Below the pieces are notes generated by a model. That model did not search any database. It was given only the letters and a program-made list of their open reading frames with translations, and was not told where the DNA came from. A stretch of DNA of 63,583 nt, the filler included, from Octopus bimaculoides (taxonomy: Eukaryota): the NCBI RefSeq assembly GCF_001194135.2. It is 6 parts of 4 records of this genome, joined end to end, with 100 filler letters (N's around TTAATTAATTAA, not from the genome) between each part and the next. Parts side by side here need not be neighbours in the genome. Positions count along the whole stretch, not along the records: positions 1 to 28,561 come from NC_068986.1; 5 more parts are not named here. One strand, given 5' to 3'. The position numbers were made by a program, and so were the translations under genes. Below, one piece after another: positions 1-13,030 of the stretch. Within the stretch, counting starts at the first letter, position 1. The number at the start of each line of letters is the position of its first letter.

Positions 1-86
1 GATAGATATACACACACACACACATATATATATTCATATATATATATATAGATATACACACACACACACATATATATATTCATATG

Positions 87-117
<31 letters not shown>

Positions 118-579
118 TTGTGTGGAGAAATGAAGTGAGAAAACAGTACTTCCATTTTGCCGCACCATTTCCTGTTAAAGGTGATAGTATATCGCTGTTT
201 TAAATAGATATGGCTGAAGAGATAGTGTAGATCAGGTTGAGGAGGGAGAGTTTTAATGGCGGATGAGAGATTTGGAATACAGTGTCATTATAAGATAGAA
301 TATATTCTAAACTTTGACCTACAACGTACAAGGAGACAACAAAGCAATAACAACGACGAATGCTATAAAACATAAAAAAACGATGAATACAGACGCACAT
401 TGATACATACATACATGCATACATACATACATACATACATACATACACACATAGACACACATGTGCGCATAAATGGAAAGGAAAAAGAAAACAATATAGC
501 ATATTCATTTGATTATAGAATACGCACACGCACACATATATGTATGTGTGTGTGTGTATGTGTGTGTGTGTGCGTGTGC

Positions 580-629
<50 letters not shown>

Positions 630-630
630 A
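1..630. repeat. Compound microsatellites (CA/TA/TG, TACA)
   Basis: Direct reading; (TG)n at ~540-627 and (TACA)n at ~405-450 explain the His/Thr and Cys/Val 'ORFs' in the track. Confidence 0.95.
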
Positions 631-1501
631 CAGAATAAAACAAGCTTCGCGTAAATCGGACATCTGGTTCTTGAAAATATTTGGTGTTTTGTTCGTATAG
701 ATACCCAAAACAGTGCATAATGGGAACGTACATAGAAAATAACTTAACCCCGAAAGGGAAGAAACTCTAAACTTTCGATTAGTCACATTATGGCTAATCT
801 ACCAACGATAAAATACGAGTTGTTTTTACAGTAAATGTTTCTATTTTCGCTTTTGTTAAATACAATATTTTAATCATTAAGAAATAGTTTTAGGTGAATG
901 TGATTTCAAAAAAGTAAGTTGCTTGTACAGCAAGTATTTATATTTTATATATTTATATTTTAGCTTTCTTTAAGCAAGCAATATTTTAATTTTTTAAAAT
1001 TATTTTTAAGTGAATACCATTACATATTTTAAAAAATATGTGAAAATGACTTTAAAAATGCGGTAAATATGTCGTAAAAAAACCCGTTCGTAACGTCGGT
1101 GCGAAATGATTTTTTTCCATAAGCATTTTTCGAGTGCATTGAACGTATCACATCGCGAAAGATTTCTTTGCTACTTCTAGCACACCTTGCTACCACGTAA
1201 CAGTTATTTGTGATAAAGGACCTGAAATAGTTGTTACGTGGTAGCAGCCAAATCTNNNNNNNNNNNNNNNNNNNNNNNNNNNNNNNNNNNNNNNNNNNNN
1301 NNNNNNNNNNNNNNNNNNNNNNNNNNNNNNNNNNNNNNNNNNNNNNNNNNNNNNNNNNNNNNNNNNNNNNNNNNNNNNNNNNNNNNNNNNNNNNNNNNNN
1401 NNNNNNNNNNNNNNNNNNNNNNNNNNNNNNNNNNNNNNNNNNNNNNNNNNNNNNNNNNNNNNNNNNNNNNNNTCTGAATGCATTATTACATTTGTATTTT
1501 G

Positions 1502-1545
<44 letters not shown>

Positions 1546-1624
1546 ACAAATGGAAGAAACAGAAAGTGGAATCCCTGAGGTAGATCCAGTGACATTTATA
1601 TCAAAACTGTGGATGATATCAGGT

Positions 1625-1820
1625 AGCCAATGCGCGTACCCTTAACGTAATTCTCAGGGAGATTCAGTATGACACAGAATGTGACAATAAAAGGTACAAT
1701 TCACTTTTGTCAGCTGAGTGAAATGGAGCAACGTGAAATAAAGTGTCGTGCTCAAGGACATAACGCTTCGCCGGGAATCCAACACACGATTACCCCTAAC
1801 TATTAAACTACGCGACTTCA
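1625..1820 (-). mobile_element. Degenerate tRNA-derived SINE with CORE-like central domain (family D)
   Basis: cagctgagtgaaatggagcaacgtgaaataaagtgtcgtgctcaaggaca matches copies at 20225-20437 and 54205-54395; approximate bounds. Confidence 0.65.
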
Positions 1821-1926
1821 CTAGAATGTATTATTGTATTGATATATACTAATTTATTGTCTTGTAATAATATATTTTAGGTTGCAAACTTAGAACATCC
1901 ATTGTATATAAGCGCGTAACAGCGTA

Positions 1927-1960
<34 letters not shown>

Positions 1961-2214
1961 GAAAACATGCAAAAATAAAAGCACACAAATCGTAGCACAT
2001 ATGTGAAGCTTTACCTTCATGAAGACAAACTGAGACATGCATGAATACGTATAGATACGAGACATGAAAGAAGAGACGGATGCAGGGAAATCGTTCTAAC
2101 TTAGTTAGGTTTAGTTGTTGTTTCAGCAAAGATTTGGACACTCCAATTAATTAATTGATTAATTAAAAGGGAACTGCAACCAGCGTGCGCGATTTAAGAA
2201 TCAATTGGTTGAAT

Positions 2215-2223
2215 GTATATGTA

Positions 2224-2261
<38 letters not shown>

Positions 2262-2301
2262 CCTATCTATCTTTCTATCTATCTATCTTTCTATCTATCT
2301 A

Positions 2302-2397
<96 letters not shown>

Positions 2398-2407
2398 CAT
2401 GCATGCA

Positions 2408-2439
<32 letters not shown>

Positions 2440-2719
2440 CGTGTATGTACATACATACATGTCTGTGTATGTGTGTGTGTATGCCTATATATATAAACAC
2501 ATACATACTGTGCATACGTACATAGATTGATAGATGTGCATATGCATGTATATGTTTGCAGACACACACACATATACACATGTAAACCTTCGTGTGCTGG
2601 TGACAGTATATGAGTGTGTGAGAGATTGAGAAGGGGGGGGGGAGAAAGAAAGAAAAAAGGAAAGAAAGAAAGAAACAAACAAACAAACAAACACACAAAC
2701 AAACAAAGAATGAAGGAAA

Positions 2720-2774
<55 letters not shown>

Positions 2775-2780
2775 TAAACA
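2215..2780. repeat. Compound microsatellites (TCTA)n-(TA)n-(TACA)n and (AAAG)n
   Basis: Direct reading. Confidence 0.95.
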
Positions 2781-3238
2781 TGACGATGGGGAGAATGATA
2801 GAGAGAGTGGAAGAAGGAAAACAGGAAAGAATGGTGGAGAACCAAAATGTGGAATGACACGAAAATAGAATGATCGTAGAAAAGAATAAATAGGATGAAA
2901 TAAACGTCAATCTACTTACTACAACGTGGGGAATAGTGGCAGAATGAGAGAGAGAGAAAGAGAGAGAGAGAGAGCTATAAAGAGAAAGAGGAAAGGGGAG
3001 AGTGGCAGTGAGAGGAAGGAAAAGGGTGATAGACAGAGGGAAGGGGAGAGTGAGAGGAAAGTGGGATACGTGATTGGTAAACAGAAAATATGGAATGAAT
3101 GATGAAATGACATAATTAATGTAAACGATGGATTCGATAGACTGTAAAATGGATAGGACGAATGATCGATAGGTCGATCGATATGGGCGAAAGAGTGGGA
3201 ATATAAAACAAAAACAAAATTATACATGCATGTATGTG

Positions 3239-3271
<33 letters not shown>

Positions 3272-3290
3272 ATATGTGCGTGTGTGTGTA

Positions 3291-3688
3291 TACTCTTTTA
3301 CTCTTTTACTTGTTTCAGTCATTTGACTGCGGCCAGGCTGGAGCACCGCCTTTAGTCGAGAAAATCGACCCGAGGACTTATTCTTTGTAAGCCTAGTACT
3401 TATTCTATCGGTCTCTTTTGCCGAACCGCTAAGTTACGGGGATGTAAACACACCAGCATCGGTTGTCAAGCGATGGTGAGGGGGGGGGGACAAACACAGA
3501 CACAGAAACACACATACATATATACGACGGGCTTCTTTCGGTTTCCGTCTACCAAATCCACTCACAAGGCTTTGGTCGGCCCGAGGCTATAGTAGAAGAC
3601 AGTTGCCCAAGATGCCGTGCAGTGGGACTGAACCCAGAACCATGTGGTTAGTAAGCAAGCTACTTACCACACAGCCACTCCTGCGCCT
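3291..3688 (-). mobile_element. Full-length tRNA-derived SINE, family A
   Basis: Minus strand reads aggcgcaggagtggctgtgtggtaag (A-box-like)...ctgggttcagtccc (B-box-like), internal microsatellite, 3' tail gactgaaacaagtaaaagagtaaaagagta; many homologous copies in window. Confidence 0.9.
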
Positions 3689-4086
3689 GTATGTATATAT
3701 ATATATAGGATACAAGTATACATACATGCACACAGATATACGTGGGTGTGTATACTGTATACTAGTGTGTGTGTGTGTTTGCATGCATGTACTTCGCAAC
3801 CTTGTGGTTGCGGGTTTGGTCTCACTGTAGAGTATCTCCTGCAAGTTTCTCCTACTAGGGCCTCGGGCACATCAGTGCTTTGTGATAAAGTTATTTGTGT
3901 GTATGTGTGCGTGCGTGTATGTATGTATATATGTATGTATGTATGTATATACGTATGAATGCAAGCATGTATATATGTACAGATATGTACCCTCGTGCCT
4001 GATGGCTTAAACATAATGTCACTAACAACATGCTGTATTAAGACCGGGTGAAATAAGAGTTTATTTAACGAGATACCCCTTAAAAC

Positions 4087-4192
4087 CTCACCTGAGGGGA
4101 TGCGTCCGGACCGTAGGATGCACGAGAACCAGTTTCACAGTATCCCATTGGCAAGGGATCGATGCAGGATGCCTCGAAACGATCGTTGTGAG
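4087..4192 (+). ncRNA. Degenerate type I hammerhead-like motif with long stem II insertion
   Basis: ctcac-CTGAGGG...cctc-GAAAC-gatc-GTT-gtgag: stem I ctcac/gtgag, palindromic stem III aacgatcgtt, A9 position is G. Confidence 0.4.
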
Positions 4193-4548
4193 CAATAATC
4201 TCGCATATCCCATTTTCCATTTATATCATTTGTTATGTACATATGTATGTGTAAATTCAAAATCCAAATAAGTTTTCATTATCTTTAAAAAGATTATGAT
4301 AAAGTGGTCAGCAAACATAATATAAATTGGCAAAATATATATTAAAAGTCAGGGTAAAATATGCACCTGTTTGCCAGAAAAAAAAGTTGAAGCTCTCCAA
4401 AACCACGCATCTCTGACTATATGTGAACATGCACGGAGAATATAGCAAATTTATTTAGAAATAGTCTTCCCATATATAAAAATACAAATGTGTAGACATG
4501 TGTGTGTGTGTGTGTGTGTGTGTGTATGCATATACGTGTATACATGTA

Positions 4549-4961
4549 TTCTCTTACTCTTTTATTCGATTACTTGTTTCAGTCATTTGACTGCAGCCAT
4601 GCTGGAGCACAGCCTTTAGTCGAACAAATCAACTCCAGGACTTATTCATTGTAAGCCTAGTACTTATTCTATGGGTCCTGTTTGCCGAACCGCTAGATTA
4701 CGGCGACGTAAACACATCAACAATGATTGTCAAGCGATAGTAGGAGGACAAACACACACACAAAAATACAGACGTATATATATATATATATATGTATGAG
4801 GGGCTTCTTTCAGTTTCTGTCTACTAAATCTACTCACAAGGTTTTGGTCAGCCCGAGGCTATAGTAGAAGACACTTGCCCAAGGTGCCACGCAGTGGGAC
4901 TGAACTCCGGAGGCATGTGGTTGGGAAACAAGCTTTTTACCACAAAGCCACTCCTGCGCCT
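4549..4961 (-). mobile_element. Full-length tRNA-derived SINE, family A
   Basis: Collinear with 3291-3688 over the whole length. Confidence 0.9.
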
Positions 4962-5230
4962 ATATATATATATAGGCGAAGGTGCGGCTTTGTGGTATGT
5001 ATGCATGAATGTATGTTTGGATGGGTGGATGGATGGATGGATGGATGGTGTGTGTGTACTTACATTCTTGTTTTTAAGTTGGTCCCTGTCTGAAAAAGTG
5101 ACCTGTCTTATCTCCAGTCACAAAGCGGTTGGACAAAGATATCTATAAAAAAAAGTACCAGCCAACTTCAAAATTAGCTAGTAAAGGCGATATACTTAAT
5201 AGATTACAAACCATTCGAGTACGCACTCTA

Positions 5231-5310
5231 CAGTCCAGTGTGGACACAATCCAGCGCGGACACAGTCCAGTGCGGTCACAGTCCGGTGCGGACGCAGTCC
5301 GGCGCGGACA
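5231..5310. repeat. GC-rich 16-bp minisatellite, 5 copies (consensus CAGTCCAGTGCGGACA)
   Basis: Units: cagtccagtgtggaca, caatccagcgcggaca, cagtccagtgcggtca, cagtccggtgcggacg, cagtccggcgcggaca. Confidence 0.9.
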
Positions 5311-5707
5311 TAGACTATCGTGAAACATATTAAGTATGAAAAGGATAATCGAACGTTTATCAGAAATAAAGAAAAGAACAAAACCTGAAAGAATCACAAA
5401 GAAACTATAAAAGTGCAAAGATGAAAGCGAGGCCAAATGTGATCACTGAAGTCTTAAATTACCGAATGGCTAACGTTATCAACATACGTAACGGTTCGTT
5501 GTTTTAGTGGCCAATCAACAAGTTAGCGGTTTTGAGACTTATACAGTTCATCTCTGCTACATATACCGCCCAATTTGGCTTGGCTTAGTGCACTGATAAA
5601 TATTATTGATCAGGTGTTCAATGCCACTTCAATCATTTGTGTACCAGCCTTTAAGTGATGTTGATTGTTAAAGCTGATCGTATGTGCCTCTCTACTGGTG
5701 TGTATGC

Positions 5708-5740
<33 letters not shown>

Positions 5741-7041
5741 CGCGTGTCTGGATGTGGAGAGGGAAGGGATGAGATAGATAACATGCGTAAACAGTCGTTC
5801 AGCCTTATATTTTATGTATATAAAATGAAAAACAATTATGATTGTATATATGAATGTATAATGTATATGTACAACAGTATATGTCTTTTACAGAGGGAGA
5901 GAGAGGGGGAGAGAGAGAGAGACTGATAGACGGACACAGAGAGAGAGTGAATGACAGAAAGAGAGTGAGACAAAGACAGCAAGAAAGGAAGAATAGAAGC
6001 GCGTGCGTGTGGTTTGTTCGCCCGCCTGTATATGCGTGTGTGTATATCTGTGTGTGTGCGCACGCGTGTTCTTTGGAATTAGAAGAAAGAGAGTCGTATT
6101 ATCAGAGTTTGTAAGGCCCACACACATATACACGCACACAAACACTAAGACACACACAAACGCTATCAGACACAGACACTTTTCTGCAATGCACTTTTAT
6201 TTTTTCCTATTGGCTGAAAAATTGTTGGCCACGCATCACTTGAGGTGGTCTCCCTCTAGTAGCTACGGTTTACGTTTGAGCTTGAAATGTTAAGTTGTCG
6301 GTGCTATTACATTAACTATAGCCGCGCTTGTTGCTATTTGTTGCAAAGGCGTACAGCATTTAGTGATCTGTTTTCTGTGGGCTGCATGTTTTTTTGTCTG
6401 CATAGATTCTCTAAGAATTGATTAATAAATTCAAAAAGTATCACGCATCAAAAATAGAACTGGCTGCTCGACCACGTCATGTGCCGATGACAACATAGTT
6501 CTATGTACAGATGGATGGCTATTGATGAGGAAGAAAATAATATGCAAAGTTTTCGTGGTCTTCTACCAATGAAATCATCCACAATTGACTTGGTTTAAAA
6601 TAATGTTTAAGCGAGATGTTTCTGAAATAAATCGCAGAATCGGACAAACAAGTTGGCTTTGAATGCCAACTATTCATTTTTATTATCACTATGATAAAGA
6701 AAGTAAAATTTTCTGGAGCAAATCCATCAACAGTGATAGTTTTCCTAAATATATTGCAAAAAAAGATATTACTGGTATATATATATATATNNNNNNNNNN
6801 NNNNNNNNNNNNNNNNNNNNNNNNNNNNNNNNNNNNNNNNNNNNNNNNNNNNNNNNNCAGTTTTCAGAGAAAAAGTCTACACGTGGTATAAATAAGGGAA
6901 AAGTAAAAAGAAACAAAGAAAATACACATTAGGTATAAAAGTAATGGCTTTTCTTTTATAAAAACAAAGATATATACATACAAATAAATGATTTGAGGTA
7001 GAATTAAGAAGTATTAAAATTATTATCATGAGTCAATATAG

Positions 7042-7079
7042 AAAGTCATACGGTTTCGTCATTGCTGTTCACTGACTCT
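7042..7079 (-). ncRNA. Possible hammerhead relic downstream of the Penelope-like ORF
   Basis: Minus strand agagtca-gtgaacagcaatgac-GAAAC-c-GTA-tgacttt: 7-bp stem I (one G-U) and GUA triplet, but CUGANGA core and stem II are degenerate. Confidence 0.3.
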
Positions 7080-7289
7080 GAACCAATACCGATTTCCAAA
7101 CTGTGTTGGATCTAGTAGTACCTAAGTGAAAAGATTGCATGCAAGGGAGATAAACAGTTCTGAATGTGATTCAATTAGGTTTATATGATTAATAGAGTAT
7201 GAATGATATATGGGACGTATGAGGATTAGTGGGATTATTGGTATTAGTAAGTTTAGTAGTGTCATGTATCAAGTTGTGCGTTCATGCTA

Positions 7290-9415
7290 AGTTGTGGTTT
7301 ATATTTATTAATGAAAGTTGCTTCTTTATTTAGTCTTTGCTGCACTGAGGTGTTCTGGGAACATTGATATGAAAATCAAGAAGTTTGATTTAAGGTTCCT
7401 AGCACATCTGACTATGTGCTCACTGACCTGTATCTATCAATATTGTGGGAAGTGGATTTGTTCTTTGTGAAGTGTTGTTCTTCATCTGAGGGACAGTAGT
7501 GTTTGGCCTATGTAGTGGTTTCCGCAACCTAAGCAGGTAATAACATAGATTAGGTTTCCAGAGGTACAAGTGAAATTTGACTTTATCTTAAATATCTCAC
7601 CTTGTTTGAAGTGAAATTCTGTACCCTCCAAAAGGTGGGGGCATGTACCACAGTTAGGTCGCCAGCATTTTCCACTTTTGGTTCCGTTATTAAGGGATAT
7701 AGTCTTGCGTCGGTTTATATTTTTTCCAATGATTTCGGTTGCATTTTGCTTTTAATAATTTTGTGTGAGCCCAAAATTTTGTTCATTGTTTTATCTTCAA
7801 TAAGAATGGATAGATTTTGGGTGATGGTGTTGAATGTTTCATTGTTTCTTTGGTTATGTTTGGAGATGTATGGAAGTACTTTTAAATTTGGTGTAGTATT
7901 TCGGTTAACTTCCCTTAATGTTTCTATGTCTAATTCCTTTGCTCGTTTAATCCCATCATCTATTAATGCTGTTGGGTAATGTCTCTCAATTAATGTTGAT
8001 TTAAGTTCACGGATTTAGTTGATTTAGTTCACGGGTATTGGTATCCGAAATTATAGTACAAATTCTTTTCGCTAGATTATAAGGTATATTAATTCTTATG
8101 AGTCTGGAGTGGCATGAGTTGAATAATAGGTATTGTTTTGAATCTGTGGGCTTATAAAAGATGTTCGTTTCGAGGGAGTTATTGACTATTTTAATTAGGA
8201 TGTCAAGAAAAGGAAGTTGTTTATTGTTGTTTTCCACGGAGAATTGTATATTGCTATTGATATTGTTGATCCTTATTTTGAAATCGAGGAGTTTGTCCAT
8301 ACTATCGTTCCAAAGTATAAAGCAATCATGAAAGTAGCTTTTCCAGTTCTCCTTTAAATAGCAATGAAATAAGGTACCATATCTTTGTTGTGATAATTGG
8401 TATATTAAGTTCTAGATAACCCATTACAAGGTTCGCATTCATTGGGGCAGCTCGAGTTCCCACTGCAATTCCGCATTTTTTTGTCGATAGTAAACAATAT
8501 CGAATATGAATTATTTGTTCTGATGGATAAATTTCAGTGCTGTGATTATGAAGTGGTGGTTGATGCGTCCTGGGATATCATCTGGGTATTTTTCTAGCCA
8601 GAAGGTGATTGTTTGTATACCATAATTGTGTGGGATATTGGTGTACAAGTTCACCACATCGAATGATACTAGTAGGGTTCCTTCATTTATTGTTAAATAT
8701 GTTACTTCATTTGTGGTTAAGTATGTCTAAATCATCCCTGAAGAAGCTTTTAACATATTGTTTAAATGGTTTAAGTAAGATGTCGAGGAAATTGCTCAAA
8801 CAGTTAGTTTCACGAGCTGGGCCAGCAATGATGGGTCTTAGTTTGAGGTTAGTAGGGGGGGGGGGGAACATTAATGCATAGGCTTGATGAATTCTTGCAA
8901 GCTTTAATAATATGTGTATTTTTGTGTATTTTGGGTAAGCCGTAGAAGAGACTTGGTTTGTATTTAAAATTGGATAAATAATCAATTTATTTTTTATTGA
9001 GGCCCTTTCCATGTATTAAGGAGGATAAGTTTTTAAGTGTCTTCTGTGGGTTATAATATTCTATCTTCTCATAGTAAATATTGTTTTCCAACATGGAGCG
9101 TATTAGATTTTTTATAGTACTCTGTGTCCATCACTACTACCGCACTTCCTTTATCGGCTTCTTTAATGGTCAGGTTTGTATTGTTTTTAAACTCGATTAG
9201 GTCTTTCCATTCATTTGTGTTGAGGTTGGATTTAATTCGTTGTTTTTGTAGGGCATTGGTAATGTGTTCACAAAAGTCCTCAAGTGCTTTATTTCTGCCT
9301 TTATTTGGAAAGCAATCACTTTCGTTTTTCGCTACTGTGTCATCTTCGCTGTTGTAGTTATGAAGTGCTTCTATGCGACGCAATTTTCGGCAAAAGTCCA
9401 TAGTGTTATCCTTGA
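7290..9415 (-). mobile_element. Penelope-like element (PLE), degenerate RT + GIY-YIG endonuclease pseudo-ORF
   Basis: Manual translation gives TIKEADKGSAVVVMD, LRPIIAGP, GIAVGTRAAPMNANLVMGYLE (~8411-8470), WKSYFHDCF (YxDD decayed), LPFLDI..YKPTD..YLLFNSCH, KCWRPNCGTC and GNLIYVITCLGCGNHYIGQT (7501-7559, GIY-YIG). Frameshifts and stops; ends at (TA)n near 9420. Confidence 0.92.
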
Positions 9416-10494
9416 CTTCATATATATATATATATAAATATATATGACCATCTCGTATTTATTTTCAGGCATAAATATATCTAGAAATACATGACATCCA
9501 CTTGCAGTACATATGACTGAGTGTTGAGACAACAACTTATGAATCGTTCAAACGTGGATGTGATATTTCTCTATTTTGTAAGTGCCTTCGATAAGATTGA
9601 TCACTGGATGATATTTCACAAAGCACGTGTGATTAGTATAGTTAGAAGGTTGAGGGTGTATTTGCATGACACTTTTAAACACTGAAGCTAGTCTGCATTA
9701 GCCAATGAATCCCCCATAAAAGAGACGTAAATAGTGAGTAGAGAACCTAAGAGAACTGTCTTGAGCCTACTGCAGTTTGTTGTGGCAATATATATATATA
9801 TATGTATGTATGTATATATACATAATATATGAGTATATGCATATATATGTACATGTATGTACATACCTTCATCTACATGTATATATAGATGCATATCTGG
9901 GTACATGACGTTGCATAAAAACATGGACAAAATGATAAGCAAGGTACAGGCCACATAGAGAACATTTCCTTCACCAGCTGCCACCATTATAACACTGGCG
10001 TTTCGAAGAGTTAGGGCAGGACGCATCGTTACAATGGCTCTTCCCACGGACACAAATTAAATTAGTTCCATGGAGGATAGTGGCGGACAGAAAACAAGAC
10101 AGGAAAACGAAACAGTGAAATAAACAACCAAAGAAGGCTATACGGCCAGATGTGAAAATGTATGTGTATATTGAACGCTGTGAAGCACGAACTGGAATGA
10201 AACGGGACGAGGAATGTTTGTGAGTTATTCAAATCCCAAAGAATTCCTATCAACACATGGCTATGATACTCCCTCACTACTGCTGCTCATGGTCAGAGAT
10301 GCAGATATAGTCAGCTTCTAAGGGACATGCTCAACTAGTTATGGTCAAACAACTGATAAGTAAATCTGTGGTATTGAGTACAATATTTGCTGTTGCCCAT
10401 CTTTTTATACCAAGACAAAACATGTACATGATAGCACTTTCAATCAGTTAAGGTCAGAAACCATGAGAGTCGGTGCTTGGTATTGCATCAGGGC

Positions 10495-10544
<50 letters not shown>

Positions 10545-10551
<7 letters not shown>

Positions 10552-10770
10552 AGGGCTGCGAGCTGGCAGAATCGTATGCATGCCAGTCAAAATGCTTAGC
10601 GCCATTTCGTCTGGCATTACGTTGTGAGATCAAATTCCGCCGAGGTCGACTTTGCATTTCATCCTTTTCAGGGTCGATAAAATAAGCACCAGCAAAGCAC
10701 TGGGGTCGACAGAATCGAGTAGCAACTTCCCAAAAGATTTCTGGCTTTGTGCCTATAGTAGAAAGGATTG
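10545..10770 (+). mobile_element. tRNA-derived SINE, family B
   Basis: gcgagctggcagaa...gagatcaaattcc...gactttgcatttcatccttttcagggtcgataaaataagcaccag; many copies in window. Confidence 0.85.
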
Positions 10771-12646
10771 TTATTATTATTATCATCAACATCATTATTA
10801 TTATTATTATTATTACTATTATAGGTAGTAGTAGTAGGAGGAGGAGTAACAGTATTAGCAGTCTCTGCAGCAGCAGATTTATGCAACATCTAGGGGCCAA
10901 CACCCTTCGTAACTGCACTGTGAGCTTAATCTTATCCTTCGTATTGTATTTAACCAAGCATGAATTTAACAGCCTTAACCACCAATCGATCGTTATATAT
11001 CACAGTTGATGATACATGTCAAAGCTGATTGAAGGATTTAGCTATTGATTGATTGATTTCTATCTATCGAATTATTTTTAGATCATCGCCTTACCTATAA
11101 TTTTGATATTCCGGGCACATTTTTTCCCAGCTCTTTAAAAACTTTCTCTTTTGAGATAAAATATTGTGGGCGTCAATTTCTTTGATTTGCTTTATTTACA
11201 CACTTCGCTGGGAAGAAAGATCGATATTATTTCAGTAAATTAACAGCAACAAAGGAAATAATAAAATAAAGGGAAAATATGCACAGCCAGAAAACAAAAC
11301 GATAAAAACACATTTGATTTTTGATGTAGTTTAAGTTACATGAAGATAAACCAGTGGATCAAATGAGGTCAAATATTTGAGACCTCTTACTTATTTACTA
11401 GCTTAAAGGCCGCACTCTGTGCGAACTTTTAAGCTAGCTCTTGTGAAGGGCTAATTGGGCCTGCCACCCAAAACTAAAGTGAGCGATAATAATAAAGCAT
11501 TTATTAGTACCCTACCAATAAAGTATTACCCTACCAATATGGTATAACTTTAAATTCAGCTTAAATGCAAAACTTATAAGTTCATAAAGTTTTGGAGTTC
11601 TATCAAAGTTTGAATTTTCAACTGTTAGCTTATAACGAATCCTCATCCAGACCTTATCCGAATGCTGGATGTTCAAGAACCAAATGAAGAGCAAATTATC
11701 AATCCCGGGATCATCCTGATTCCAAAACGTGAAACATGTCTATGCAGAGAAAATGTAGACTGAGATACAGGGGTCTCGGACGAACGGACAGAGAGAATTT
11801 CGACTTTATTATTATAGATTTTTTCTATATGTTGCCTTTTATCATAAATAATGATTCTAGGGCTGTGGATTGACGAAACTGCTTGAGCGCCAGTGTAGCG
11901 ATTTCAAATGACACTTTATCTTACCTGTAGGTAACATGAAATTGCTTGCAGATTACCTCCAGTATTAAATAAAACGGGTTAATGAAGGAATTTTTACGCG
12001 ATCGTTCGGGGACCTCAGCTGCATTATATTGGATAATGGACGGATATTTGGGAAAATCAATAAATTTTTACGTGTATGTCTCAGTTCTGCAAGATTCTTG
12101 ATATGAAATCGTTTGTTGAAACAGCAGTTATTATATTTCGGGACGGTCATTCTTTTTTTTATTCTGCCTAATAAACACACGCACTATATACTCGTTCTTC
12201 ACTTCAGTTTTATTATTGTTCAGTAAAATATTTTTGCCACAAGAAAAGAAAGAATTTGAACTCAGAACGTGCAAGCGGACCAAATGCCACTAATCATTTT
12301 GCCCGGCGTGCTGACGATCCCGCCTAAACATAAGAAAAACAGGAGAGATTCTTTGTGGATTTTGTTTAGTTCAAATCAAACCTGAGCAAGAAGTCTAATA
12401 AATAAAGGTTCGCCATGACCATCTCGTATTTATTTTCAGGCATAAATTTATCTAGAAATACATTACATGCCTTCCTGTTATTTATTATTTTATTCGGTTG
12501 TATATGATCCGAGGGAGATTTGACCGCTAGGTCTAGGCAGCTTTATTGACCCCTTAAGAGCATCTAATCGACTGGTATCGGAGCGTAAATACGATAATGT
12601 TCAGGCGTTCGTTCCTTTATCTATAGAATTATAATAAAAGTAGATC

Positions 12647-13030
12647 GTAGAGGCGCAATGGCCCAGTGGTTAGGGCAGCGGACTCGCGGATCGTAGGATC
12701 GCGGTTTCGATTCCCAGACCGGGCGTTGTGAGTGTTTATTGAGCGAAAACGCCTAAAGCTCCACGAGGTTCCGGCAGGCGATGGTGGCGAACCCTGCTGT
12801 ACTCTTCCACCATAACATTCTCTCACTCTTACTTCCTGTTGTACCTGTAATTCAAAGAGTCGGCCTTGTCACACTGTGTCGCGCTGAATATCCCCGAGAA
12901 ATACGTTAAGGTTACACGTGTCTGTGGAGTACTCAACCACTTTCACGTTAATTTCACGAGCAGGCTGTTCCGTTGATCGGATCAACTGTAACCCTCGACG
13001 TCGTAAGCGACGGAGTGCCAACAACAACAT
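12647..13030 (+). mobile_element. tRNA-derived SINE (family C), well preserved, ending in (CAA)n
   Basis: tRNA-like head ggcgcaatggcccagtggttagggcagcggactcgcgg...ggtttcgattcccagacc, then ~300 bp non-tRNA body and ccaacaacaaca tail. Confidence 0.85.

Noticed and set aside
5231-5310. CRISPR-like array
   Set aside because: Repeats are contiguous with no unique spacers; eukaryotic context
12650-12725. tRNA-like sequence
   Set aside because: It is the head of a SINE: followed by a 300-bp body and (CAA)n tail, and the cloverleaf is incomplete
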